A DNA stretch of 64,000 nucleotides, from contig CM052816.1 of NCBI GenBank assembly GCA_028534125.1, forward strand, positions 99,078,001 to 99,142,000, given 5' to 3'. The notes beneath the pieces are model-generated. The model was not told where the DNA came from and did no database searches. It saw only the letters and a list, made by a program, of their open reading frames with translations. Shown here piece after piece: positions 1 to 10,330 of this stretch. The stretch is from Lama glama. Taxonomy: Eukaryota. A program made the position numbers and the translations under genes. The first letter of the stretch is position 1; every line of letters begins with the position of its first letter.

Positions 1-241
1 GGTGAGTGGATAAACGGAAGTGGTATATGCATACAGTGCAATTTCATTTGACAGCAAAAATATTGACATACGGATACAGCTACACTATGGGTGAAGCTTG
101 ACAGTATAATGTTCAGTAAAGGAGACCTATTCTGGTGATGGTCACTGATTTTGTGAATACACTAAAAACCATTGAATTATGTACTTTAAATGGGTGACTT
201 GTACAGTATGTGAATTTTATCTCAATGCAGCTATTTAAAAA
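1..241 (+). mobile_element. Old L1M (L1MB-like) 3' end
   Basis: ccattgaattatgtactttaaatgggtgacttgtacagtatgtgaattttatctcaat followed by a short A run resembles the L1MB 3' terminus. Confidence 0.75.
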
Positions 242-242
242 T

Positions 243-1971
243 ACCTGGGATTTTGTAAGATGTTGAGAGATTTGCTCTATGAATTAGGCCAGTGCACAGC
301 TTTGGTGTCCAAAACCCAGCCTGTGACCTGGTATTGAGCACTTAATGGATGTGGGTTCATAAATTTACGCTATATGGTGTCAGTCTCTTCTATCTTTTCT
401 GAGAAATTTTTTCCTCTTATATCTTCCAGTTGTTCTGGTCAACCCTCAGTCGAACCTTCCTGACATGAAGTGTGCCAGAATTGATCTGGTCCACTTACAT
501 TTCTCTAGTCACAGTGTTCAAATGTGGTCTGTTATCAAACTTGCCAAAAGTGAGATTCGCCATCTCCTAAAGGATCCTTTGGGCTCTGAATCATCTCAGC
601 ATGAATACAATGTTTCTTGACCACTTGGTGGTCTGTCCAGTTTATGTATGGATTAAAAATCCAATATGATCTGCTGTCCAAGAGAAGTTTTTTTCATTGA
701 CTGGAGGTTTTAGTCACTGACTCCGTGGTTTTATAACAGAGCTGTTTGTCAATAGTTTGTTTTATACCTACCTCTTCTGCAGGCCACAGCAGAGCTTTGT
801 TCTTCAAACTGGCCAGAAGAAGTACCCCAATTAACATTCACGCCTCACCTCTTGTAGTTTCTAATTAAACCCCTTGAGTCTACAACCTGTGAATCATTGT
901 ATGTGTCCTGATTCAAAGATACGTTTCAAGGAGAGCTGTCAGGGGCACAAGGTGGTAGATCTCCAAAACCCTGCAGCCAACAACTCCAGAACCAATACCA
1001 TTGGTGGAACAGGTACATCGTTGGGGACAAAATGTGTGCTGAGTCTTTGCTGAGCACTGTGATGTAAATAAGAGCCTTCACATCTATTATTCTTGATCAA
1101 CTTGCAACTATTGAATAGTGAAGACTTAGCCCAGTTGTTAAGTTTCTGAGATCAGTCCAGTAATTTTTCTGGAATTATGTTGTTATATGTGGTTATTTTT
1201 CCACCTTTTAACTTAAATCCTGAACTTATTCAGACAATTTTTTTTTCTGATTTTCTCAGAAATTCTACCACTCATTTTTTCATCAAACTGATTCCGCTTT
1301 CAGTGGCTGCTGACCACCTGGACTTCATCTCTCTCAATATTATTGTTTCATATAATTTGTATAATAAATTGCACTACTATCATACAAGTAATTTGTAAAA
1401 ATACATAATTAGCTATTTATTTTATTTTACCAATACTTCCTTTGATATTAGCACATACCTAAAATCTTTCATCAGACCAGTTTCTGCCACACTAAGTCTT
1501 CAGAACTTCTTGGAATTCACTGTGGTGACACATTCTTAAGCAGATTTCCCTGCTGCAGACACAGTAGTAATAACCACTGATGAAATCCTGAAGAATGTTG
1601 ATGTATTGAAATGTGTTTTGAGAACCACATTTTTTATTTCAAATTTTATTGAAGACATTTTCAAACTCTGTGTTAACCATAAGATTGGTGACAGCTTGAT
1701 GGATGTTGTGCCCTTATAAAAGTTTCTTTATGGGGTTATTAGACATCCCCTCCTTTCGGCCTTTCTCGCGCTTTGTGGTTCTCAGTCTTATGCAAAGGCT
1801 GATTTGATGGTGCAAGCAACTTCACGATCAGTCCTGGACTAAACAAAGGTTGAATATGAATCAAAACCTATTAAAATAAAATGTGCTCCTTGTTACACTG
1901 AGAAAGAGCTCAGGGACTCTAGATCTGCCTGCCCCTGTGAATTTACATCTGGCAGGTTTTAGGGGAGCCAT
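243..1971 (-). pseudogene. Endogenous parvoviral element: degraded capsid (VP1/VP2) gene, Protoparvovirus/Amdoparvovirus-like
   Basis: Manual minus-strand translation gives colinear motifs NR/LIHIQP (~1872-1847), ITP*RNFYKGTTSIKLSPILW...FEIKNVVLKT (1739-1614, one frame), CEGSYLHHSAQ (1082-1050) and FMNPHPLSAQ..GWVLD..IPG (363-243). These match remembered canine parvovirus VP2 motifs SRLVHLNMP, VTPW...FNPGDW...[21 protein letters not shown] and FNTYGPLTAL..GQIWD..CPG. Many stops and frameshifts. Confidence 0.75.
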
Positions 1972-2065
1972 ACTACTTTGGGAGAGGGCCATAAACATCT
2001 TCCATGTTTAATACTGAGTTGCTAGTTTCTGCTCACCTTTTCACCTTCAAGATTCAAAAGAGAAG

Positions 2066-2152
2066 TGGAGCACTGTCCCAGCTGCCACATGTCCCCATAG
2101 AAGCAGAAATCTTCTTTAGGGAGCTCTGTAAGTCTCTTAAGTCTAGAAGCTT
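2066..2152 (-). pseudogene. Possible parvoviral NS1 C-terminal remnant
   Basis: KLLDLR/LTELPKEDFCF and MGTCGSWDSAP loosely resemble protoparvovirus NS1 RMLNIHLTHTLPGDFGL and MASYCAKWGKVP; requires frameshifts and a deletion. Confidence 0.25.
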
Positions 2153-2699
2153 AGCAAAGATGTAGAGAAACAAAACAAAACAAAACAGTAAAGAGGTGTG
2201 TTATGACCACCTGAGCTCTGGTTGTGTGCAGTGTGGTGCAGTGATGAATCTGGTCCTTCTCCAGCGAGGATGTGTGGGCACTTTCCTGAGCGGCTCCCTA
2301 CTCGGTGGGGGTGTGCTGCATCCAGTCCCTTTTGAACACAGTCAGGGAGATTGTCTGCTCATCAGGCTGCATGTGACACCCTAACAGTTTTTTCACACTG
2401 TGGGGCTGAGAGAATGAAGGCATTGGAGTAGCAGGCTAGCCACCTAGTGACAGCTCTCCTTCACCAACAACAAACACACCTGGGATCTTCCCTGAATTAA
2501 TGAATGTTCGACCTATGTTTGCCTAAGTGACCCTAGGGAAGGTATTGGCATTAGACACCTTTGAGGTCAGAGGTCTCTATCAGGGCCTTGGTCCAGAGCA
2601 AAGAAAGGTCTGTATCTAGGGGATGCAAGTTCAATTCCCAGCCAAACAAAAAGCTTCCCAAGTGGATAGTCAAGCTGCTTATGTTGGATACAGTCTTCC

Positions 2700-2990
2700 A
2701 AGCATTCATTTATTCACTCGTCCTTTCATTCAACAAATATTTATGTTGAGTCTGTTATTTTGGGAGTGGGAGACCCAATGCTGGACAGCACACACTAGCC
2801 TTGATTTCAAAGAGCCTGAGTCCACTTGGAAGTTATTCCACAATCACACAACTTATTTTCAACAACTGTTACAGCAAGTACTACAGAAGAATGTACACTG
2901 TGTTGTGAAATTGTTGGCAATGTCCCTAAGAAAGACTGGAGGCTCAGGATAACCTATTTGAGGAAATGTCACTTAGAAGGAGATTTGAAA
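2700..2990 (-). mobile_element. L2 3' fragment
   Basis: ttcattcaacaaatatttat is the reverse complement of the L2 3' tail. Confidence 0.6.
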
Positions 2991-3169
2991 GCCATGCTAA
3001 GCCTGCCTTGCTTCTCGATTGTAACCAAGTCTTGACCTGATACTTTATTATTTGTTCTTCTCTTTCACCTGACATTTATGCTCTGACCCTGCCTGAGATG
3101 CCATATGTGGGTACTATCTCCCTGTCCTGACATCAGCCAAGGCTGCTCTGAAGTCTGTGAGATGGCAAC

Positions 3170-4650
3170 ACAATTTTCTAGAAATAACTAAATCATGTTT
3201 TTTGTAATAGTAAATGAAAATTATTTATCAATGAAATGAAGCAAAAATTACAAAGAATTGGAATTACTAGCATAAAGTTGAAACACTGGCAGGCCATGTA
3301 ATGAAAATTTAAAATTTTCCAGGAGTTCTAGGGATGGAAGGAGAAAAAAATTAAAAATGGAGGAAAAATAACAATATAAAATGCCTGAGTTGAAAAAAGA
3401 AACTTTCGTTCTACGACTAAGAAGTCATTCTAATTACAACAAAATACTAATAAAGAAATACATTTATACATTTCCTAAAGGGTTTCCTACACTCCAATGG
3501 AAAAAATAAAACACCAAAGTTTGCCTTATTATTATTTTTAAATAGATATTTTATTTAAAAGATAAACAGGATCCAAATGTTATCAGACATTTTGTGTGCT
3601 ATAGTGGAATCCAGACATGTTTGGACTGTATGCACTTTGTGTTAGAAAATAAGTGTTTTTCAGTAATACTATATCAAATGATGCCATCATTCAGAAGCAA
3701 GAACATTTTTGATATTTTAAGATATGTGAAGATTCAGAAAGTAGTGTGTTCATGTTTTCTAGTTGAACAAATTCTTTCAAAAAGTAGTCTAACCAAAAGC
3801 ATTTAATCAGAGAAAAGAGTAAGATGGAGCAAGATTGAATGAGAAGGAAATAGTAACAAGAAAGCAGTTACATGGTATAAAATATAACTTGACTAATAAT
3901 AAGAATGCAACTTGGGATTGTAATTTTAGTAATATGTAAAGACTGTTAACATTAAAGGACACATTCCAGGAATTCTAAACTGTAGACCATCAGAAAACCA
4001 AAGGCGATATGTCTGTGACACTGAAAGAAGAGGAAAGCACAAACACGACAGGTTTTAGCTAAGAAAAAAGAGTAAGCAGACAAGAAAAACACCTCAGCAT
4101 GAAAGCGTAGTTGCTATTTTTATACTTTATGAAAAAGAAATATCAGTAGAATAGTTATTCTTAGAGGCGTGGGTAATTCAGAGAAGAAGATCATAATTGA
4201 ATTTCCCAGTTAATGTATGGGGGAGGGAAAAGAAGGATGGAAGAGAATCCAAAAACTGCTGGGAAAAAAATGGGAAAGAAAAATGGGAAAAGATTAGAAA
4301 AGAAAGAAACAAACCAAATAGATATCAGAAATTAAACTAAATAAGCACAATAAAATGCAAATGTTATATTCTCATAAAATTATGTAGATTGCCATTTTGG
4401 ACCTTAAAAATCCAGCTAAATTAGCACAAATAAGCATACCCTACCTCCAAAGAGAGGAAGAGGAAGAAGGAAGAAGAGGTGGGTGGGGTGGAGGAGGAAG
4501 TGAAGGAGGATGAGGGAGAGGAGGAAGAAGGAAAAAACAATTTGGAACAAGCTGGGTAAAAAAATGTCAAACAGAAGAAAGTAATAGTGTCAGCATGAAT
4601 AACAATCAAATTACCTTAGATGAAATAATTTTAAAGTCCAAATCTTTGAA
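3170..4650 (+). mobile_element. Highly degraded HAL1/L1M fragments
   Basis: A-rich plus strand with ORF1-like and EN-like remnants. Confidence 0.35.
4453..4535. repeat. Purine-rich (GGA/GAA)n low-complexity tract
   Basis: gaggaagaggaagaaggaagaagag... seen directly. Confidence 0.9.
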
Positions 4651-4719
4651 TGAGAAAAATGTGGTTAAACAACTATAGGGAAAAATTAACAAACTTTTTT
4701 TAGTACAAAATACATAACT

Positions 4720-5101
4720 AAATTAATAACTCATTGGTAGATGGAGAATACACAGGACTCGGTAAAAGACAGATTAGTATACTTGTAGATAATTCAATAG
4801 AAAATATTCAAATTAAATTGCAGACACAAAAATTAACTAAAAGTAGGAAACATAAAAGAAATGCGGGCTATGAATAAGCCTAGCCAATGTGTATTTAGGT
4901 TCTCAGAGAGAAGGACGAGAATGCAAAGCAAGCACCATTTGAAAACAAGGACACCTAAAACATTTAACAATTTCTAAATCATCTGAAAGATATCAACCCA
5001 CAGAGGCAAGAAGTTCAGTGAACCTAAGCTGAATGAATAGAAAGTAAATCTAAGCATATAAAAGTTAAACATAAAATTCAGAGATGAACAGATAAGTAGG
5101 C

Positions 5102-5133
<32 letters not shown>

Positions 5134-5460
5134 ATTTTTTTACTTTTATTTTACATACATTTATATATATGTATAAGAAACATATATCCTTCAACTAAAG
5201 AATAAGAATGACAGCTTATTTCTGAACAGAAACAAAAGAATCCAGAAGACAAGGGAATAACATCTTTAAAACAGTGAAGGAAAAGAAGCAGAAATCTACC
5301 AACCTATTATTCTATACCCAGCAGATTTCCTTCAGAATTGAAGAGCAAGGTAAATGTCTCAGACACACACCTCCTCCAGCATTCTTGCACTATCGGAAGT
5401 TCTAAAGGAAGACCCTCAGGCTGAGTGAAAATGGTCCAGATGGAAGCGTGGAGGGGGCCT
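4720..5460 (+). mobile_element. Old L1M ORF1 region
   Basis: gatatcaacccacagaggcaagaagttcagtgaacc and ccagaagacaagggaataacatctttaaa...attctatacccagca are typical of L1 ORF1. Confidence 0.7.
5102..5132. repeat. (TA)n(CA)n microsatellite
   Basis: Seen directly. Confidence 0.95.
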
Positions 5461-5791
5461 GGGTATCGCCAGAAGGAAAGCTAGTCGTCGGCCTGACTGA
5501 CTCGGCTGTGACACGGGAACACTTACAACAGGAATGGGATGCTGAGGGTGGAAAAGTCAGCATTGCCTCCTCTTGTTTACATGCAGCTTCTACCTGCAGA
5601 GCAACTTTAGCTCTCCTTAAAACCAATGATATTTTTTAACATGAAGTGTTCTTTAAGAATTTCCAGCTAATAAATAAGCAAAATAACATAATTAAAACGT
5701 TGTTTTATAATACTATTTACAGTATTGATTGCAGACAATGATTATGGATGGTTGATAACATTTTTGAGTGAATGAAGAATGGATAACTTGC

Positions 5792-6156
5792 TGCTATGGA
5801 CTGAATGGTGTCCCTGCTCCTGCCGCCCCACCAACAAACTTGAAGGCTGAAGTCTTCATCTCCAGTGTGCCTGTATTTGGAGATAGATTCTCTGAGGAAG
5901 TAGTTAAGGTCAAATGAGGAGATAAGTAAGGGGTCCTGATAGGATTACTGTCCTTATAAGAAGAGACACCAGAAGCTCTCTGTCTCTGTTTCTGTCTTTT
6001 CTACCCACTGAGAAAGGCCATGTGAGGACACAGGGAGAAGGGAGTTACCTGTAAGCTGGGAAGAGAGTTCTCACCAGAAACCAAATCATCCGGAGCCCAG
6101 ATCTTGGACTTCTAGGCATTGAAACTGTGAGAAAAAACACATTTCTATTGTTTAGG
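5792..6156 (+). mobile_element. MLT1A-like MaLR solo LTR
   Basis: tgctatggactgaat start; gtatttggagata, gtccttataagaagagacaccaga, gccatgtgaggacacagggagaag, gatcttggacttct, aactgtgagaaa. Confidence 0.85.
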
Positions 6157-6159
6157 TCC

Positions 6160-6450
6160 TGTTGCCCTTAGAGTTGAATCTAAACTCCTCACCATGGCTC
6201 CTGCCTGCCCCTTTCATGTCCTGTTGTATAACTCTTGCTCACCAGGCTCTGGTCATACCAGTGTCTCTTTTGTTCTTATCACCGGCCTTTGTGTTTGCTA
6301 TTCCTCCAGCTGGAAAGCCCCACTATAGGTCCTGACAAGGCTGCTTCCTTTTCAGACCACACAAGACACAGCTCAAGTGTCACCATCGCAGAGATCTTGC
6401 TTAACAGTCAGAACATAATTAGCTGCCCCGGGACTTACTCTCACATATCT
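6160..6450 (+). mobile_element. L2 fragment
   Basis: aatctaaactcctcaccatggc...gcctttgtgtttgctattcc resembles L2. Confidence 0.5.
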
Positions 6451-6453
6451 CTT

Positions 6454-6532
6454 TTCCTTCCTTCCTTCCTTCCTTCCTTCCTTCCTTCCTTCCTTCCTTC
6501 CTCCCTCCCTCCCTCCCTTCCTTCCTTTCTTC
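6454..6532. repeat. (CTTC)n/(CCCT)n microsatellite
   Basis: Seen directly. Confidence 0.95.
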
Positions 6533-6787
6533 TTTATGGAGTACAAACATAATCCATTTAGCTTTATCAGAACTAAGAGTGGTAGGAATGGGAGACGAAA
6601 GCGAAATTTTGATACATGTTTCCAATTGATCTCCCAAATGACTACATACTAAGTGTTGTGTGAGCAAGGCCACCTTATGCACCTTCACCAGAATGGAAAA
6701 TCAGGTTTTGACCTTCTTTTATTCATTTTGTTGGAAAAAACAAGTCTTCTTATTAAATTGTCATTTACTTATTTACTATTTTTAAAC

Positions 6788-7699
6788 TTTTTTTTATTGA
6801 GTTATAGTCATTTACAATGTGTCAAATTCCAGTGTAGAGCACTATTTTTCAGTTACACATGAACATATATGTATTCATTGTCATTTTGGTTTTCCAAGGA
6901 AGAAATACAAATGATCAATAAGCACATGAAAAAATGCTCAATATTACTAGTTATCAGAGAAATGCAAATCAAAACTGTGATGAGGTATCACCTCACACCA
7001 GTCAGAATGGCCAACATTCAAAAGTCCACAAATGACAAATGCTGGAGAGGCTGTGGAGAAAGGGGAACCCTCTGACACTGCTGGTGGGAATGCAGGCTGG
7101 TGCAGCCACTGTGGAAAACAGGATGGAGATTCCTCAAAAGACTAGGAATAGACTTACCATATGACCCAGGAATCCTGCACCTGGGCATATATCCAGAAGG
7201 AACCCTACTTCAAAAAGACACCTGCACCCCAATGTTCATAGCAGCACTATTCACAATAGCCAAGACATGGAATCAGCCTAAATGTCTATCAACAGATGAC
7301 TACATAAAGAAGAGGTGGTATATTTATACGAGGGAATACTATTCAGCCATAAAAATGGCAACATAACGCCATTTGCAGCAACATGAAGTCCCTGGAGAAT
7401 GTCATTCTAAGTGAAGTAAGCCAGAAAGAGAAAGAAAAATATCATGTGAGATCGCTCATATGTGAAATCTTAGAAAAAAAAAACCAAAACATAAATACAA
7501 AACAGAAACAGACTCATAGACATAGAATACAAACTTGTTGTTGCCAAGGGGGTGGGGGGTGGGAAGGGACATACTGGGATTTCAAAATTTATAGATACTG
7601 ATAGGCATATATAGAATAGACGAACAAGATTATACTGTATAGCACAGGGAAATATATACAAGATCTTGTGGTAGCTCACAGAGAAAAAAAAGTGACAAT
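6788..7699 (-). mobile_element. Young camelid-type L1, 5'-truncated, with inverted ORF2 C-terminus/3'UTR segment
   Basis: Poly-T plus reversed 3' end at ~6788-6885, then plus-strand ORF2 C-terminus ([34 protein letters not shown]) through the 3'UTR to gtgacaat at 7699. Confidence 0.9.
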
Positions 7700-8428
7700 A
7701 CTTACTATTATTTTAAAAAACATTAAATTAAATACAAAGTTCATATTTAAAGCTAAAATGTCTAAATGCTGCTTCGTATTTTTTGTGAATAAAGAAAATG
7801 TATGATGACCACATTCACGGAGCCTCCATGACTCCGAAGGCTATAGGAAGACATCTCAGAAGCACTGTTCCCCACCCACCTTGAGTCAGGGCTCTGTGTC
7901 TGGCCCACAGTTAGCTCCACGTCTCAGAAGCGACACGCTGTTTCTGCGTCTGTGACTGTTGTTGGTGCACGTGTGGGAATAACCTCCCAGTGGATGTCCC
8001 GCTGCCTGATTGTCTCCCAAGGACAGGAAAAAACGGAGTGCAAGGTGGCTGCAGTGGGTTTGGATCCAGCCTCTGAGCTGGTGCTTGCCAGCAGACCGCA
8101 GCAAGGAGAAAAGGGGTTAGTAACGCCGCTGTCCAGCAGCACTGACCGTTCAGGCACAGGACTAGCCGTGTGTGCACACACACTTCTGAGGCCTCTGAGG
8201 ACGATCGCTCTTGCATAGAAATCAAGTTGACAGGTACGTTTTCTGACTTTGACCTCAGGTAGGTGACTTAACCTCTTGGTGATGGGAGTATTTTTGCAAA
8301 AGCAAAGTACCTTTCTCTCTTACGATACTGGCCTCATCACCCCTTCCCACTGCGAGATTCCCATTGACAGGATTCCATCTTGCTGTCTTACTCATATTTG
8401 TAAACTCCTCGGCATCCAGCTTGTGACT

Positions 8429-8600
8429 AGATAGAGAGATCGACGGACAGATGATTGATAGATAACTGATAGAGTGGCGGCTTAAAAACACAGTGAGCGC
8501 TTAGAACTAACAGAAAAGAGGAGAGAAAAAAAGGGAAAAAAAGGAAGGGAGAACAGACAGGAGGTTGAACGAGAAGGAGAGAGGCAGGGAGAAGAGACAA
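8429..8600. repeat. Degenerate (GATA)n and GA-rich low-complexity sequence
   Basis: agatagagagatcgacggacagatgattgatagata followed by A/G runs. Confidence 0.7.
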
Positions 8601-9529
8601 AAGGGACGACCGGTGAATAATCACAAAGAGGGTTTTCTGGAATAGTCTTAGGGCTGACCATGCCCAAAGCCCAAGGACGGCTCTTTGTTGCATGGGCGAC
8701 TTTATCACATTTAACCACAAGAGAGCCTAGAGACAGCAAAGCACTTCAAAATGTACGAAGAAATTCCAATTTAGCGAACTCAGCTACCATTAAATGCAAA
8801 TAGAAGATGGGTGATTCATAAGCACTGGATGTTTCTCTTCCAGCTAACATGATAGACTGTAAGGACATTTTTGTGAAATACTAGTGTTAATGACGAGGGA
8901 CATAGCAACCTGTGAATACTTTTCTTTTATCATTATTAGGGTTAGGTGTTTATTTTTGGCAGTTCTTACATCAGTTTGGCACAGTTCCTGTCATTCTTGA
9001 CTGGAGCAAAAGACAGTACAGCCTGAAGTATGATTTGCTCCCAGACCCACGGAAATCCATGCTGTGGGAGGATTTTCTTAGATCCGACAGGCATGGCATT
9101 TGATGATGGGAAAGTGCTTAGTAAATCTAGGGACAGTGTGTTGTCCCTGGGTTTGGCAGTCAAGGAAGCTTCCTGCAGAATCATGAGTTTCAGAGTTCGA
9201 GAGGCCAACACCACCTTGAGATGGGTTAGTAATACACAAACTGATAAGCTGAGTAGAAGCAATTCCCATGTGAAATATAATGGGGTCTCTTTTCTCTCCC
9301 ACTGGTGCGTATTTAAAAATCTTTCAAAATATTCTTGGGAGAAAAATAGGTGTTACATTCTTTACCGTTTGCTCTAAGAAAGGATCTTCCACTCGCTCGT
9401 CTCCAGAAGGTCGTCTCTGCGATGTGCACACCGGGCCTTCATTAGGCCTGCTCCTGCATCCGTATTTAGCTTTCTTTCACTCGGTGCCCTTTATGAGCTG
9501 AGCTCCTAGGGCTCGTGGCACGTTTTAAA

Positions 9530-10330
9530 CAGCAACACTGGGAGGATGTAAATGCAGAATAATGTAGCAGGACTCAAATTTGCATGGTCAAATGTCAAAA
9601 AAATTAGGCCTTCCCCAGAACCATGTCAAGAGAAATAACATAAGTGGGCAAACTCAACAGCAGGCATGCCATTATCATTTAGTGCAAGCTGTCATCACTG
9701 CCAGCGAGCGGGAGCAGTGGTCATTAGTTGGAGCTCTGCCGGGGGACGCTGCGATTCTTCCTTTTCCTTTTTTTTTTTTTAAAGATTTTTATTTTTTCCC
9801 CATCATCTGACAGTATTTCACAGAACACCGCAATGCGATGCTGCCTCCCTGACAGGAGAGTCAAGAGATTGGGGATGGCGCCTTTGGGAGGGGGAGTGGA
9901 AGGGCTGAGGAGCAATATCCATAATCGTCCACTGTCAGCCAGAGGGTGCAGGAATTGCATTACCTATCGGATAAATACTCATTAAGAGTAATCACTTTAT
10001 TTCAGCACTGTAATGACATTAACAAGCTTGGAATACAGGGAATTACATGAGTCAGAACAAATAATTGAATATTCTACTGCGGAGGGAACACAGCCCAAGT
10101 CGGCCTTCATGTCATGCCGTTTCTGAAGCTAGCACAAGCATGCCGTTAGATAATAAGCTTAAACAGCATTAAATTGGCACTGCTCGTACCACCCCTGAGA
10201 AAAAAGAAGCATTAATTGTTCAACTCTCACCTGCTTGTAATTTCATGCAATGCGAATACCAGCAAGTCTGCCCTATTTTGAGCTAAATGGACTCATACAC
10301 AGGATTGAAACAAACCAATAAAAATGGGAG
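9530..10330. promoter_or_regulatory. Candidate conserved non-coding enhancer
   Basis: No recognisable repeat; dense TAAT/ATTA and TGACA/TGTCA motifs plus an AP-1 site (TGAGTCA); function is inferred. Confidence 0.45.

Noticed and set aside
990..1225. A second, AAV-like capsid match (GFKLKGG...SAQQ...PNDVPVPP)
   Set aside because: The equivalent capsid region is already better explained at 1739-1614, and the same bases fit the LTHTWQ-like motif in correct order
1177..1398. Plus-strand 73-aa ORF in the ORF track
   Set aside because: Antisense to the viral relic, low-complexity hydrophobic composition, no recognisable protein
1440..1680. Bocavirus NP1-like reading in an alternative minus frame (LRMCHH...CGRNWSD..CANI)
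   Set aside because: Weak, and overlaps the much stronger VP frame
1728..1730. TGG-to-TAA change as evidence of APOBEC editing
   Set aside because: A single site; cannot be separated from neutral decay without an ancestral consensus
6869..7601. Three ORFs with protein-like sequence
   Set aside because: Broken L1 ORF2 C-terminus and 3'UTR, not a host gene
8243..8275. ctcag|gtagg as another recursive splice site
   Set aside because: Lies in a MIR-like fragment with a weak pyrimidine tract
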